Of a DNA stretch of 64,000 nt, positions 1 through 12,332 are shown piece after piece. The stretch spans positions 1,600,001-1,664,000 of the forward strand of contig CM000153.2 in the NCBI GenBank assembly GCA_000004695.1, read 5' to 3'. Position numbers and translations under genes: made by a program. Source of the DNA: Dictyostelium discoideum (Eukaryota). Position 1 is the first letter of the stretch, and every line of letters starts with the position of its first letter. The notes below the pieces were generated by a model. The model was not told where the DNA came from, searched no databases, and was given only the letters and a program-made list of their open reading frames with translations.

Positions 1-501
1 AATTATTAAATAATTATAATAATTATTATTATTCATTATATTCATATTCAATAAAACAAACTGTAAATAATATATTGTAAATAAATCAATTAGACCATAA
101 AAATAAAAATAAAAATAAAGATAAAAAAAAAAAATAATAATAAAAAAAAAAAAAAAATTTAAATTCAATAAGAACACATAATAGTTTAATATTATTAATT
201 AATTAATAAATAATAAAATTTAAAAGGTTTAAAAAAAATATATCAAAATTTTTTCTTTTTTATATTAGAAATTAAATTATTTATTTTTTATTTATTCTTT
301 TGTTTTTTTTAATAGTAGATAGTTTTATTTTTGTCATAATTGGTTTTTAAACCCTATATGTTTAAAAAAAATTAAAAACGGTGTATTTTAGAATCCTAAA
401 TATCTATCCATTAGCTTTCATTCTCTAAATTTAATTTCTATTTTCTAACCATGTTTTTATAAACCCTGGGATTTCCTTATATATTATTTGTGTTTTTATT
501 T

Positions 502-536
<35 letters not shown>

Positions 537-547
537 AAAAAAAAAAA

Positions 548-727
548 AAAAAACCTAAAATTTCAAATGTCTGTTTAATTCACACTTCTTGATTGTTTGA
601 TAGAACGGAGTGTTTTTTAGAAAAAAAAAAATCAAAAAAAAAAAAAATCAAAAAAAAACATAAAATTTCGAATGTTTGTTTAATTCACACTTCTTGATTG
701 CTTAATGGAACGGAGTGTAAAAAATTA
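548..727. repeat. Tandem duplicated unit of about 70 bp, two copies with a period of about 110 bp
   Basis: Copy 1 is 'cctaaaatttcaaatgtctgtttaattcacacttcttgattgtttgatagaacggagtg'. Copy 2 is 'cataaaatttcgaatgtttgtttaattcacacttcttgattgcttaatggaacggagtg'. They share about 90% identity. Each is preceded by a long poly(A) tract and each contains the imperfect hairpin CACACTTC...GGAGTG. Confidence 0.6.
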
Positions 728-1110
728 TTTTTTATTTTTTAATTTTTTTTTTTTTATTTTATAATTTTTTTTATTTTTTTTTTTTTTTGTTTAATAAAAC
801 AGAATGATTGTTTGGCAATGACCCAGGTTTTGTCATTCCATTTAATTTATTTTTCATTTTTATAATATTTAATTTTATTTTCTTTTTAGCTTTTTTTTCT
901 TATTTTTTTAACTATAAAATAAAAATTAAATTTCATAATTTTATATATTAAATTTTTTTTTATTATTATCTTAAAAATACCAATTATCTCTCTCTCTATA
1001 TATATTAAAAATATTTTATTCTTTTAATTCTATTTTATAAATTTATTTCAAAATAAAAAAGTATGTTTTTAATTTATTTTATTTAATTATAATTAAAAAA
1101 AAAGTTTACT

Positions 1111-1154
<44 letters not shown>

Positions 1155-1232
1155 CTTCATATTTTTAATATTCTATAATTCTATAAATAATAATTATTTT
1201 TAAACAATATTATTCTCCTTGGTTTCTAAAAG

Positions 1233-1607
1233 ATGATTGCTCAACCACCATCAATTTTAACATTAAATATTGACGATAAATTCAATCAACCAATTGTTGT
1301 TGGCGATTTACAAGAAAGTATTACTTCATTGTCATTGGGATTCGAATTTAATCAAACCATTGCACCTGGTGCATTACCAAACAATCTTAGATCATTATCA
1401 TTAGGTCGTAATTTCAATCAAACTATCACTCCAGGTATTTTACCAAATAGTTTAAAAACTTTAACAATTTTAAATCCAGATTTTAATCAAGAATTAATTA
1501 CAGAAGGTTCAATTCCACCATCTTTAGAACGTATTTACTGTGTCTCTGAAAATAAAGAATTTATAAATAATCCAAGTCTTTCAAAATTCATTCAAATTAT
1601 TAAATAA
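1233..1607 (+). CDS. FNIP repeat-containing protein, single exon, 124 aa
   Basis: Track ORF starting with ATG. It carries tandem copies of the Dictyostelium-specific FNIP repeat (...FNQPI..G.LP.SL.SLSLG..FNQ...), seen as 'FEFNQTIAPGALPNNLRSLSLGRNFNQTITPGILPNSLKTL'. Codon usage is A/T third-position biased, typical of Dictyostelium genes. Confidence 0.6.
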   Translation: MIAQPPSILTLNIDDKFNQPIVVGDLQESITSLSLGFEFNQTIAPGALPNNLRSLSLGRNFNQTITPGILPNSLKTLTILNPDFNQELITEGSIPPSLERIYCVSENKEFINNPSLSKFIQIIK

Positions 1608-1803
1608 TTAAAATTTCTTTCATTTTTCGTTTACAAAAAAAAAAAAAAACTGTACAAAAATAAATTATCAAATAAAAAAAAAAAAACAAAAAGCATTTGT
1701 TATTAAATAAAACACTGAATGTATTTTTGTAATCTTTGGTTTATTTGTTTATTTATTTATTTATTTATTTATTTATTATTTATTTTTTTAAATTCTAGAA
1801 CAT

Positions 1804-1840
<37 letters not shown>

Positions 1841-1904
1841 CTTTTCCCAAAAAAAAAAAAAAAAATTATTATCTTAATGGTGGAATAATTGATAATTTTC
1901 CTAT

Positions 1905-2960
1905 TTAATTTTCAGATAGTGGATGTTGTGGGTCACAGGTGTTGAGCTTGAGGATGCTTCTTGTTGTTCTGTTGTTAGTGTACGTTCCCCTCCATTAGAA
2001 TTTTGGGCTCTAAAAGCTTTTAAATCTGATCTGTATCTTATTTTTTTCATTTTTATGTTTGCTCCATCCATTTTACTTGTGAATTACCACCTGTCTCCTC
2101 CCCCTCAAATTCAATATCACATGAAATTGAATCATAATTTAAAAATGAACAATTATATAGTTGTTCATTTGAAAAACAATAAACACTTGAATTATCAGAT
2201 GTGTTTGGAATGAAATTTTCACCATTAATTATAAATTGACCACTTGTGGAATTAAAAACTGGATACTTATTTATTGGGGCTAGGATGGTGATATATCAAC
2301 TTTAAGACCTACTGATGTTTCATCACATACTATTAAAGAAGTTCACTTGATCCATATTCATGTTTTAAAGGGAATAAAAAGTAGTTATTTTCAAATATTA
2401 TTTCTTCAGTACGTGTTGTTTGATTTTCAATTGACATCGAAACTTGATTTCTACCACAACCTTTTGGAATAGGGAATGTGTATGTACGAGTTGGAAACTC
2501 TTTTGAATTTGAATTATCGATACCTATAATAGTTGTATTGTCCATTAATGTAAGAGTTGGTAAACTACTATAATTGAATAAATTTATATTGTATAATGTA
2601 AAGTTTACAAATTGACCAAGTACTGATGGTGATAATGGTGATGATTTAACAAAGAATGATAAATCAATTTGAACAATATTTGATTTTTTACCATTTACAA
2701 TTATATATAATTTTGATTTTTTAATTTGATTTAATGGTGTAAATGATAAAGTGTTTGTTTATCATTTACAATTGTCGTTAAATTAAATTGTTGAATATCA
2801 TCAATATATACTTGAGTTGATTCATTCGTACCCTAGACAGTCACCAATTTATTTAACTTCTCTTAGAGGAAGAATAAAATCAGAAATAAAAGGTACATCA
2901 AATGAAAATAATAATTTATTATCATTTACAATCCATTTATTGATACATTAACTTGTAAAC
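1905..2960 (-). pseudogene. Fragmented protein-like region on the minus strand, probably a decayed or unusually spliced Cys-containing secreted-type protein
   Basis: This island is GC-richer than its surroundings. The minus strand gives several long protein-like stretches in different frames, separated by stops or frameshifts: '...IPVFNSTSGQFIINGENFIPNTSDNSSVYCFSNEQLYNCSFLNYDSISCDIEFEGEETGGNSQVKWMEQT*' (about 2265-2040); 'TLSFTPLNQIKKSKLYIIVNGKK...MDNTTIIGIDNSNSKEFPTRTYTFPIPKGCGRNQVSMSIENQTTRTEEIIFENNYFLFPLKHEYGSSELL*' (about 2760-2333); and 'RAQNSNGGERTLTTEQQEASSSSTPVTHNIHYLKIK*' (about 2045-1905). I could not build a canonical GT-AG model, because the candidate introns are not AT-rich and lack GTAAGT donors. 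Confidence 0.3.
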
Positions 2961-3327
2961 CAATAGAATCATAATTGACTAATTAAATTATAATAATAGA
3001 TTATTAAAAAAAGAAAAATTTAGTGTTATGTGTGTGGTAATTAAATTCTTAATTATTTTTGGCTTTCAATGATTATAAAATCACACACAGTAATAAAGGA
3101 AATTATTGTGTGTTTAATAAATTCATGGGGATTTTTTTGTGTATTTTTTAATTTCCAATTGTAAAAGAATAAAGATTAAAAAACTATAATAAAATTTAAA
3201 AAGAAATTTACAAAACAAATCTTGTTCAATATTTTTCTTTTTTTTTTTTTTTTTTTTTTTTTTATCAATTATTTAATGATTGTGTTTTTATTTTTTTATT
3301 TTATTATATTATATTTTTATTATATTT

Positions 3328-4931
3328 TTAGAATTCACCTCTTGCGAGACGATCCAATAAATCATCTAAAGAATCATCATCAACCACAGTAGTTGAAGTA
3401 GTTGTTGAACTAGTGGTGCCAATTGTATCCAATGAATTTATTGCCATATCATAATTGATTGCATTTGAATTTTGATTAGAGATAGATTGATTAGCCTCTT
3501 TAAGAAGATCATCGAAATTAAAGTTATTTGAATTCATTATTGATTCCAATTCTTCAAAAGTAAATGATTCTTCATTATCATCATTAACAATTACATCATT
3601 TGATTTATTTTCATTTTCAATTGTTTGTTCTTGATGTTGATGTTCTTCCTCAATTGCATGTTCTTCTTCATAATATTCTTCTTGGTGGTGTTGCTCTTGT
3701 TCTTGTTCTTGTTGTTGTTCTTGTTCTTGTTCTTGTTGTTGTTGTTGTTCCTCTTGAATTGGCTCTCGAGGTTGTTCTTGTTCATCATCATATTGTTCAT
3801 AGTGTTGTTGATCTTCTTCATAATACTCCTCTTCTTGTTGTTGAGGTTGTTCTTCAACAACGGGTAAATTAACAGGTTTTTCTGGAACTGGTGGCTTTGT
3901 TCTTGCTGGTGGTGGTGGAGGTGGAGTTTTTTTTGGTGGATTATTATATTGTAATGAAACTGGTCTCTTAATTTGTGGTGAATCAGTTGGTGATGGTGGT
4001 GGTGGAAGAACTGAAATATCAATTGGTGGTGGTGCATCTTGTGATGAAGTAAGTGTTGGTGGTGGTGGAAGAACTGAACCAGATGGTGATAATGTAGTTT
4101 CAGAAGCTGTCGTTGTTGGTGGTTGTTTAATGAATGATCTTGGTGGTGTTGGTGGTTTTTTCAAAGTTTCAACTGGTGGTGGATTCATTTGTTGTAATAA
4201 TTGTGGTGAAACTGGTGGTGGTTCACTACTAGTTCTTGATAATATAGTAGAAGGTGGTGATAATGAACCATCCGTTGTTGTTGTTGTTGTTGTTGGTGGT
4301 GGTTGATTTGGTGATTTTGCAATTGGTCTTTTTGCAACAGGTGGAGGTGGTGCTAATGTAGTTGGTGGTGCTGTTGATGTTGTAGTTGGTGGTGGTACTG
4401 ATGGTCTACCTGGTGGTAAAGTTGGTTTATTAGATGGTGAAAGTTTAGTAGTGGTAGTTGATTTTGGTGGTGGAATTGGTTTAGGATCGCCTGCTTTTGG
4501 TGGTGCTTTTGGTACAAATTGACTTGGAGCTGGTGATTTCTTTAATGCTGTTGGGGGTGGTGATTGAGGTGGTGGTGGTAAACTATTACCACTACTTGAT
4601 AATGCATTATGTGGTAATGAAGGTTGTAGTGGTGATTTTGGTGGTGATGGTAAAACTGTATTATCACTACTAGATGATAATGGTGGTGGTGCAGCAACTG
4701 AACCATTTGCAACCTTTGGTGGAGGTTTTCTTTTTGCCATCATTGGTGCTGGTTTACCAGTGGCATTGGCAGAATTTACTGGTTTTAATTTTGCAATTGT
4801 TGGTTGTGGTGGTTCTGGTACCACATCTCCATTACTATTTTTATTATTATTATTTACATTTGGTGATGGTTTAGCAGCTATCTTTCTTTGTGGTGGTAAT
4901 TTTTTATTTGCAGTATTTTGACTATTATTAC

Positions 4932-4975
<44 letters not shown>

Positions 4976-5870
4976 GTCATCATCATTGAAATTCTTTGTT
5001 TAGTTTGTTCTGGACTTGTATCATGGAAATGTTTAATGATTATGCCCAAAATTCTCATCATTGTTTCAGGTCTAGTCTCCCACATATCTTCACCAGTGAT
5101 ATTTACTAAATTAACACCTAAAACTTTTAAGAAACGTAAAATGATATTATTATTTTCAATTATATGAATTTTTGTTGTTGGTGTTCTATTGAAATCTTTA
5201 ATTGATAAACCACTTAAACCTTCCAATAATAATGCCAAAACACAACCATTTTTTAAATCTGATTCTAAATTTTCAATCTTTTCATTCTTTCCAAATTCAA
5301 CTAATTTCTTATTAATCCAATCAATTATAACTGTTTGTGATTGTTCTTTTTTTGGTGTTGATTTTAAAATTGGTTTCTAAAAAAAAAAAAAAAGGAAAAT
5401 AAAACTATTAGTGTTGTTTTTTTTTTTTTTTTTTTTTTTTTTTGGAAATTAAATTAAAATAATAATCATACATTATCAGGATTATTTCTTTTTAAAGCAA
5501 TTTCATTCATTAATGGATTAATACCGAATGATCTTTGTGGTGCTCTATCTTCATCTGGAGTTGGTGGTGGATGTGATGGTGGACCTGAATCACCAACTGA
5601 AACACTTGTTTTTTGAGGTGTTGGTGGCAATCTAGATGGTGGTTTACTAGTAGTATTAGTTTGAGTTGATGCTGAAACACCATGTGTTGTTGTTGGTAAT
5701 GATTCTTCACCCCATTTTACTGAATCCTTTTTCTTTTTGAAGATTAATTTAAATTTATCTAATTGGTTATCCTCTTCCCATTTTTTATAAATTGTTCCTG
5801 GATTTTCTGTTTCTGCTATCTCTTGACATGTAATTCCTAATTCATTTTCATTGTTTGTTGATTTTATCAT
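3328..5870 (-). CDS. Calponin-homology (CH) domain protein with a long Pro/Ser/Thr-rich region and an acidic Gln/Glu-rich C-terminus. Two exons: about 5870..5472 and 5376..3328, roughly 815 aa
   Basis: Exon 1 (track ORF 5466..5870, 'MIKSTNNENELGITCQEIAETEN...') ends at NPDN, followed by a GTATGA donor. An AT-rich 95-nt intron ends in TTTTTAG. Exon 2 begins 'KPILKSTPKKEQSQTVIIDWINKKLVEFGKNEKIENLESDLKNGCVLALLLEGLSGLSIKDF...', a classic CH-domain signature (IIDWIN...L.DL.NG..L..LLE.LSG), and then runs in frame into track ORF 3328..5238. The plus-strand ORFs across this region (3600-3872, 4674-4874) are repeat artefacts. Confidence 0.6.
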
Positions 5871-6003
5871 TTTTTTTTTTTTTTTTTTTTTTTAAATGGT
5901 AAAAATAATAATAAAGAAATAAATGGAAAAAAAAAAAAAATTAATATTAATTTTAAAAAAATTAAAATTATTATGATAATAGTAAAAAAAGAAAAGAAAA
6001 AGG

Positions 6004-6038
<35 letters not shown>

Positions 6039-6468
6039 TGGAATACAAAATCAAAAGAAACAATAAAATAAAATAAAATAAAATAAAATAAAATAAAATA
6101 AAATAACTAAATATATATATAGAGAGAGGTGTGTGAGTGGGGGTGTAGATTTACAAACCATTATTTTCTTTAAAAGCAGTGTATAAAAGTAATTTATTGG
6201 TATTCTTTGTTTTTAATGAAACTTTAGTGAGTACTGATGCACAAACTTGTTTTGTTTTATCATCTTCGTTCACTCTTAAAGATTTATAACTGCCATCTTT
6301 AAAAAAAACTTTAATCACAACATCCTGTTAAATTAAATTAAATTAAATATTTAAAAATAAATTAATTTAAACAATAATTAATATTTCACCTTTTTTTTTT
6401 TTTTTTTTTAATTATGTATAAATTTAAATCTATTCATTAAAAATTACATGTGCTACTTACTGTTGATC

Positions 6469-6508
<40 letters not shown>

Positions 6509-6769
6509 AAATTATTGATTTATTGAAAAAGAATTATTTTTATCTTGTTAAGTTATACAGTTAAATTTGATACAATTTTTTTTTTTTTTTTTTTTATTAT
6601 ACTCTTTTTTTTTTTTTTTTTTTTTTAAAGTATAATTAAAAAAAATTAAAAAAAATAAAAAAAAAATGAATAATATATTCTAAAAATTAAACACACTGAT
6701 TGGTTTTTTTTTTTTTTTTGTGTTGTGTGGGGTAAAAAGTGTATGTTTATTGTAATTTATTAATATTAT

Positions 6770-6806
<37 letters not shown>

Positions 6807-7061
6807 AAAACAGTGGCTAAGCGATAAAAATAACAAAAAAAAAAAGAAAAAAAATGATTGAGATGAGACAAGAGATATATTGTACAATAACCACTATGAA
6901 TATATGTGTATTTATATAAAGGTGTTTAGTGATCTTTGTTGAAATAGTGTATAAAAATATTTATAATAAAAAAAAAAAAAAACCAAAAATAATAGGCAAT
7001 ATTTATTTCTTTCTAAAAAATTTGATCCAACAATTGTTAAAATTAGTTGGTACTGAATTAA

Positions 7062-7119
<58 letters not shown>

Positions 7120-7948
7120 AAGTGTACTAAAATTACATAAAATAAATAAATAAATAAATAATGGAAATAATAAAAAATAAATAAAAAAAAGAAAAATAAA
7201 ATAATAACAAAATAAGAAAAATAAACAAAAAAAAAGACTTTCAGGATTTTTTTTTTTTTTTTTTCATTTTTTTTTTTATTTTTAATTTTTTTTTTTTTTG
7301 AAAAATGACACTTTAGTGCTCAAAAAATGGGTATTCTTTTAGTTAATCTAGATAATGGGAAATTTTATTTGAAATTAAAAAAAAAAAAAAAAAATTTATA
7401 AGAATTTTACTTATAGTGAATCATCAAATGGTAAATCGTATGAATTTTTGAAAGAGTTAGTTTTTTTTTTTTTTTTTTTTTTTATATGACTCTTATACAA
7501 GGCATTTATTTCTAATTTAATTTTTAGTTCATGTTTTTGATTGATTATTTTTTTTATTTTATATTTTTTTTATGGGGGATTTGGATTTATTATTAAAAAA
7601 AAAAAAAAATAAAAAAAAAATAAAAAAAAAAAAAATAAAAAAATTTTCTATAAAAAGAAAATTAAAATTAGATCCCAACGGGGAAAAATAAAAATCTACT
7701 AGTATTTGTTCGTTACTCTGAATTGAAAAAATAATAAGAAAAAAAAAAAATTTTAAAAAAAATAATAAAAAAAAAAAAAAAAATAAAAAAAAAATAAAAA
7801 AAAAAATAAAAAAAAATAAAAAAAAAAATCATTCAATTTGCGCGCGCACATTTAGAAAAATTAATAAACAAATAAACAAATTATTATATTATTATTTTAA
7901 TTTATACATACATTTATACATACATACATATATACATACATATAGAAA

Positions 7949-8528
7949 ATGGATCAACCACAAGAATCAGTATTTATTAGAGTAAATGGTGAAATTTTAG
8001 AATCTCTCATTAATCAAACTTCAGCAAATAAAATATCAAAGGGAATGATTTTAGCTAAGTTTTTAGATATTGACCAAGATAAAGGCACAGCAACAATTGA
8101 ATCAACAGATTCAAAGCATCTTAAATTCTCTGTTCCAAAAGATAAATTTAATTCAATTAATAAAAATAACTATTACCAAATTTGTTTTACTTTTGAATAT
8201 ACCACAACAATTGGTGTACAAGGTGTAGTTTTATCATTATTTGATTTTGGTCCAGTTGATTCTTTTGGTAAGTTTTCATATTAATTCTTTTTTTTTTTTT
8301 AAATTTTAATTTTTCCTATATATAGTTTATTTAAATATTAATTTTTTTTCTTTTTTTTTTATACATTACAACTTTTTTTTTTTTTTTTTTTTTTTTTACC
8401 CAAAATAAAAAAAAATATATTTAGATACTTACTCCTATTCCCTCACATATTTCAATTATTGGAACATTATCAAAGATAGATACCCACAACTTAAAACTGA
8501 ATCTGATCAAATGGACCAACAATATTAA
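7949..8528 (+). CDS. Small OB-fold protein, candidate replication protein A 14 kDa subunit (RPA3-like). Two exons: 7949..8267 and 8425..8528, about 141 aa
   Basis: ATG at 7949. GTAAGT donor at 8268 (phase 1) and acceptor TTTAG at 8420-8424. The product is 'MDQPQESVFIRVNGEILESL...KGMILAKFLDIDQDKGTATIES...VDSFDTYSYSLTYFNYWNIIKDRYPQLKTESDQMDQQY'. The size and two motifs resemble human RPA3: 'RVNGEIL' against 'RINAGML', and the C-terminal 'FDTYSYSLTYFNYWNIIKDRYPQL' against '[22 protein letters not shown]'. The assignment is by memory-based similarity only. Confidence 0.45.
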
Positions 8529-8855
8529 AATTAAAAGGAAGGAAAAAAAAAAAAATAAAAAAAATAAAAAAAAAAAAATAAAAAAATAATAAAACTTTTT
8601 TTGTATATGTAAAAATCTAATTTTAAAATTTTATAAATTTTATTAAGTTTGATCAAAATTAGTAATATTTTTAACACCAAATTTACACTTCATCCGAATT
8701 TCAAAAAAAAAATAAAAAATTAAAAAAAAAAATGAAAAAAAAAAAATAAAATAAAATTTCATCTTTTTTTTTTTTTTATTATTTTTTTTTTTTTAATTTC
8801 AGTTCACCAAACAAAAAAAAAAAAAAAAAAAAAAAAAGAAAAAGAAATAGTAGCA

Positions 8856-9984
8856 ATGAATAATAAAAAGTTTCAAGTTAATTTCAATAACATTCCAAAA
8901 TTACCAAAAGGTAGTTTCGGTGGCGGTTTTGGTTTATTAGCATTAGGTGGTGTTGGTTTATTAGCACTTAGTAGTTTAGTTAATGGTAAGTTCCAAATAA
9001 TTTCAAAAAAAAAAAAAAAAGTATATTGTAAAAAACCAAAAATTCTAATAGTAATTATTTAATTATTTATTTTATGACTATTTATTTATTTATTTATTTT
9101 ATGACTATTATTTATAGTTGAAGGTGGTCATAGAGCAATTGTATTTAATAGATTTGTTGGTATAAAGAATAAAGTTTATAATGAAGGTACTCATTTTATT
9201 GTTCCATGGTTTGAACGTGCTGAAATTTATGATGTTAGAGCTAAACCACGTAGTATTTCATCATTAACTGGTAGTAAAGATCTTCAAATGGTTAATATTA
9301 CAATCAGAGTTTTATCAAAACCAAAAGTTAGTCAACTTCCAGCCATCTATAGAACATTGGGTAAAGATTATGATGAAAGAGTATTACCATCAATTGTAAA
9401 TGAAATTTTAAAGAGTATTGTTGCACAATTCAATGCATCTCAATTAATCACTCAAAGAGAACAAGTGTCAAGATTAATCTTTAAAAGATTAGTTGATCGT
9501 GCTAAAGATTTCAATATTGAATTAGATGATGTTTCAATTGTAAATATTATTATTATTATAAATTATATAATTAATTAATTTATTAATTAATTATTTACCA
9601 CTAACCAAATTTAATTTTTATTTTTTTATTATTTTTTAATTTTTTATTTTATAGACTCATTTAAATTTTGGTAGAGAATATGCAGCAGCAATTGAAGCAA
9701 AACAAGTTGCACAACAAGAAGCTGAAAGAGCACGTTTCTTAGTTGAAAAAGCATTACAAGATAAAAGAAGTATCATTGTTAAAGCAGAAGGTGAAGCCCA
9801 ATCTGCTCAACTTATTAATGATGCAATTAAACAATCACCATACTTGGTACAACTTAGAACTTTAGAAGCAAGTAAAGAAATTGCTCATATCCTTTCAAAA
9901 TCACCAAACAAATTATATATTAGCAATGAAACTTTATTATTAAATGGTTTTGATTTAAATAATAATCAACAACCAAAAAAATAA
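8856..9984 (+). CDS. phbB: Prohibitin-2 (PHB/SPFH domain). Three exons: 8856..8985, 9118..9539, 9655..9984; 293 aa
   Basis: The exon 2 product '[118 protein letters not shown]' is near-identical in pattern to human PHB2. Exon 3 '[80 protein letters not shown]...' matches as well. Donors are GTAAGT (8986) and GTAAAT (9540), with AT-rich introns and acceptors TTTATAG. Exon lengths of 130, 422 and 330 nt keep the frame. Confidence 0.85.
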
Positions 9985-10128
9985 ATAAATAAAATAGTAA
10001 ATTTAAATTTTATAAATAATAAATAATAAATAATGATAATATAAATGTAAATATATATTTAATTTTTATTTTTTTTAAAAGAATTCACTTTATTTTTATT
10101 TTTTTTTTTTTATTTTTTTTTAATGTAT

Positions 10129-11458
10129 TTAAGCGGTAGTGGTAACATCTGGAGTAGTTGCGGTGGCATCTCTTGGTTCTGGAACTAAAGCGATTTTAAC
10201 AGAGAGTTCTCTACTTTCAACAGAGAGTTTGTTAAGGGTGAGACCTTTTTGTTGATTGGCAACATCATCGAATTCGACGAAACCGAAACCTTTGCTTCTG
10301 TTGGTGTGTTTGTTGACAATGACATGAGCACTCTTTGGTGAGCAATCTTTGAAGGTTTCTAATAATTTAACATCATCAAAAGAGTATGGAATGTTTCTGA
10401 CAAAGAGGGTAGTGGTACTTTGTTGTCTGTCAGCAGTGTTGGCAGCTGGTCTTCTTTCTCTCTTTGGTTTAGAGGTTTTGGTAGCTGGAGCAGCGGCGGT
10501 TGAGGCAGCAGCAGTGTTGGTGGTGGCATCGGTGTTGGTGGTGGTAGTGGCAGCTTTGACGTCTTTGGTGTTACGTCTGGCATTTCTACGTTTGGTGGTG
10601 GTATTACCATTTAAAGTTGGTGATGCTTCAGTGGATTCAGTAGTAGCATTTTCGCCAGTGGTGGTGCTGGTTGGTTTTGGTGTTCTAGTCTTTCTGGTTG
10701 AAGTTCTCTTTGGTTTGCTTTCGGTACTCTTTTCACGAGCGATTTCAACATTGACTTGTTTACCGTCGAATTCTCTACCATTGATGGCGGCAACAGCTTT
10801 ATTGGCAGTTTCTAAATCTTCCATATCAACGAAACCAAAAGTGTTACTCTTGAACTTCTTTTTAATGATTCTAACACTTAAACTATAATATTTTTTTTAT
10901 TTTAAATAAAATTAATATTAATATTCAAAAAATAAAAAAGAGTTTATATAAAATTATTATTAAAAAAAAAAAAAAATTAAAAAAAAAAACAAGAATTGGG
11001 TTTGAAATTTTTGAGAAAAAAAAAAAATAATTAAATGTTTTGCAAGTTATCCTTTTTTTTTTTTTTTTTTTTTTTTTATTTATTTTTAGGTTTCACCATT
11101 GAGTTTCATTGCATATCACATTGTTTCCTTTGACCTTTTTTTAAAAATTTTTTTTTTTTTTTTGTGTGTGAAAAACGAGCGAAAAAAAACGGGCATAAAA
11201 ATAGTGTGTTTTATTATTGATTTTTTTTAAAAAAAAAAAAAAAAAAAATAGTGTATTGATTTTATGTAGTATTTTTTTTAAAAATATATATTTAGATATA
11301 TAAAAAATTAATTGGTTTTTATTTACTTACACTTTACCGAATTCAGCAAAAGCAGTTTCTAAAGTTGAGGATTCAACATTTTCAGTTAAGTTACCAACAA
11401 AAATTCTGTGGGCTGGAGTAGTTGGGGTGGTGATGGTGGTTTCGGATGGAGCAGACAT
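10129..11458 (-). CDS. RNA-binding protein with two RRM domains. Two exons: 11458..11331 and 10876..10129, about 292 aa
   Basis: Exon 1 reads 'MSAPSETTITTPTTPAHRIFVGNLTENVESSTLETAFAEFGKV' (RNP2 'IFVGNL') and ends at a GTAAGT donor. A 454-nt AT-rich intron follows. Exon 2 reads 'VRIIKKKFKSNTFGFVDMEDLETANKAVAAINGREFDGKQVNVEIA...' (RNP1 'NTFGFVDM'). The second RRM is 'TTLFVRNIPYSFDDVKLLETF...RSKGFGFVEFDD'. A Thr/Ala/Pro-rich linker separates the two. The plus-strand ORF 10349..10888 is antisense noise. Confidence 0.7.
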
Positions 11459-11571
11459 GACTTTTTCTTTCTATAAATTGTCTAGAAATGAGGGAAGGGA
11501 AATAAAAAAAAAAAATATAAAAAAATTATATTAAACAAATATGTATGTGTATGTATTGAAATTGGACTTTG

Positions 11572-11654
<83 letters not shown>

Positions 11655-11965
11655 CAAAATTAAAAATTTAAAAAAAATTAAAAAAAAAAAATTAAAAATA
11701 AAAATAAAAATAAAAAAAAAAAAAAAAGAAAATCCAACTGTCTCCTCCTTCTTCGGTTTTTAATTTATTTTTTTGTGTTAACTTCTTGAATTAAAATAAA
11801 AAAAAAAAAAAATGAAATAAAATAAAATAAAAAAGATTAAAAAGGAAAATAAAATAAAATTTTTAAAAAAAAAATTAAAAATTAAAAATAGAAATTATAT
11901 AAATAAATATAAATGAAAAATGACTTGGATGCCAATTCAATTTTGATTTTTTTGCCATTTTTCTC

Positions 11966-12003
<38 letters not shown>

Positions 12004-12299
12004 AATTATCAAATAATTAAAGTATTTAATTATTTATGAATTGAATTTAAATACCTAAATCCAAATTTCATTTTTAATTTTTTTTAATTTTTTTTAATGT
12101 TTTAATAATATTTTTTTAATTCTTTTCCGTTGAATGTTTTTTAATATTCCATTTTTATTTTATTTTTTTTTTTTATTTCCATTGAATGTTTTTGATTATC
12201 TTGGATATTATTTTTAATTAGATTTTTTAATTTCTTTCAAAAAAAATAAATAAATAATAATAATAAAAATAAAAAAGGAGAATAACTTTTTTAATATTC

Positions 12300-12332
<33 letters not shown>

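Noticed and set aside
1923-2213. 96-aa plus-strand ORF
   Set aside because: It lies antisense to the protein-like minus-strand segments of the decayed gene region. Its product 'MLWVTGVELEDASCCSVV...' has no recognisable features.
3591-4874. Track ORFs 3591..4037(-), 3600..3872(+), 3625..3867(+) and 4674..4874(+) inside or opposite the CH-domain gene
   Set aside because: These are frames of GT-rich and GTT-repeat coding sequence read off-frame or antisense (poly-L, poly-V, poly-H products). The real gene is the minus-strand frame with the CH domain.
6912-7121. Poly-Lys and poly-Phe ORFs at 6912..7121(-), 11569..11763(+), 29089..29283(+), 33679..34506(-) and 41593..41895(+)
   Set aside because: These are translations of intergenic poly(A)/poly(T) runs. 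The amino-acid composition is essentially a single residue, and they are too short to be supported as genes.
10349-10888. 179-aa plus-strand ORF antisense to the RRM gene
   Set aside because: A hydrophobic Ala/Val/Leu product arises from reading the Thr/Ala-rich linker of the RRM gene in reverse. There are no start-context or splice signals, and the sense-strand gene is strongly supported.
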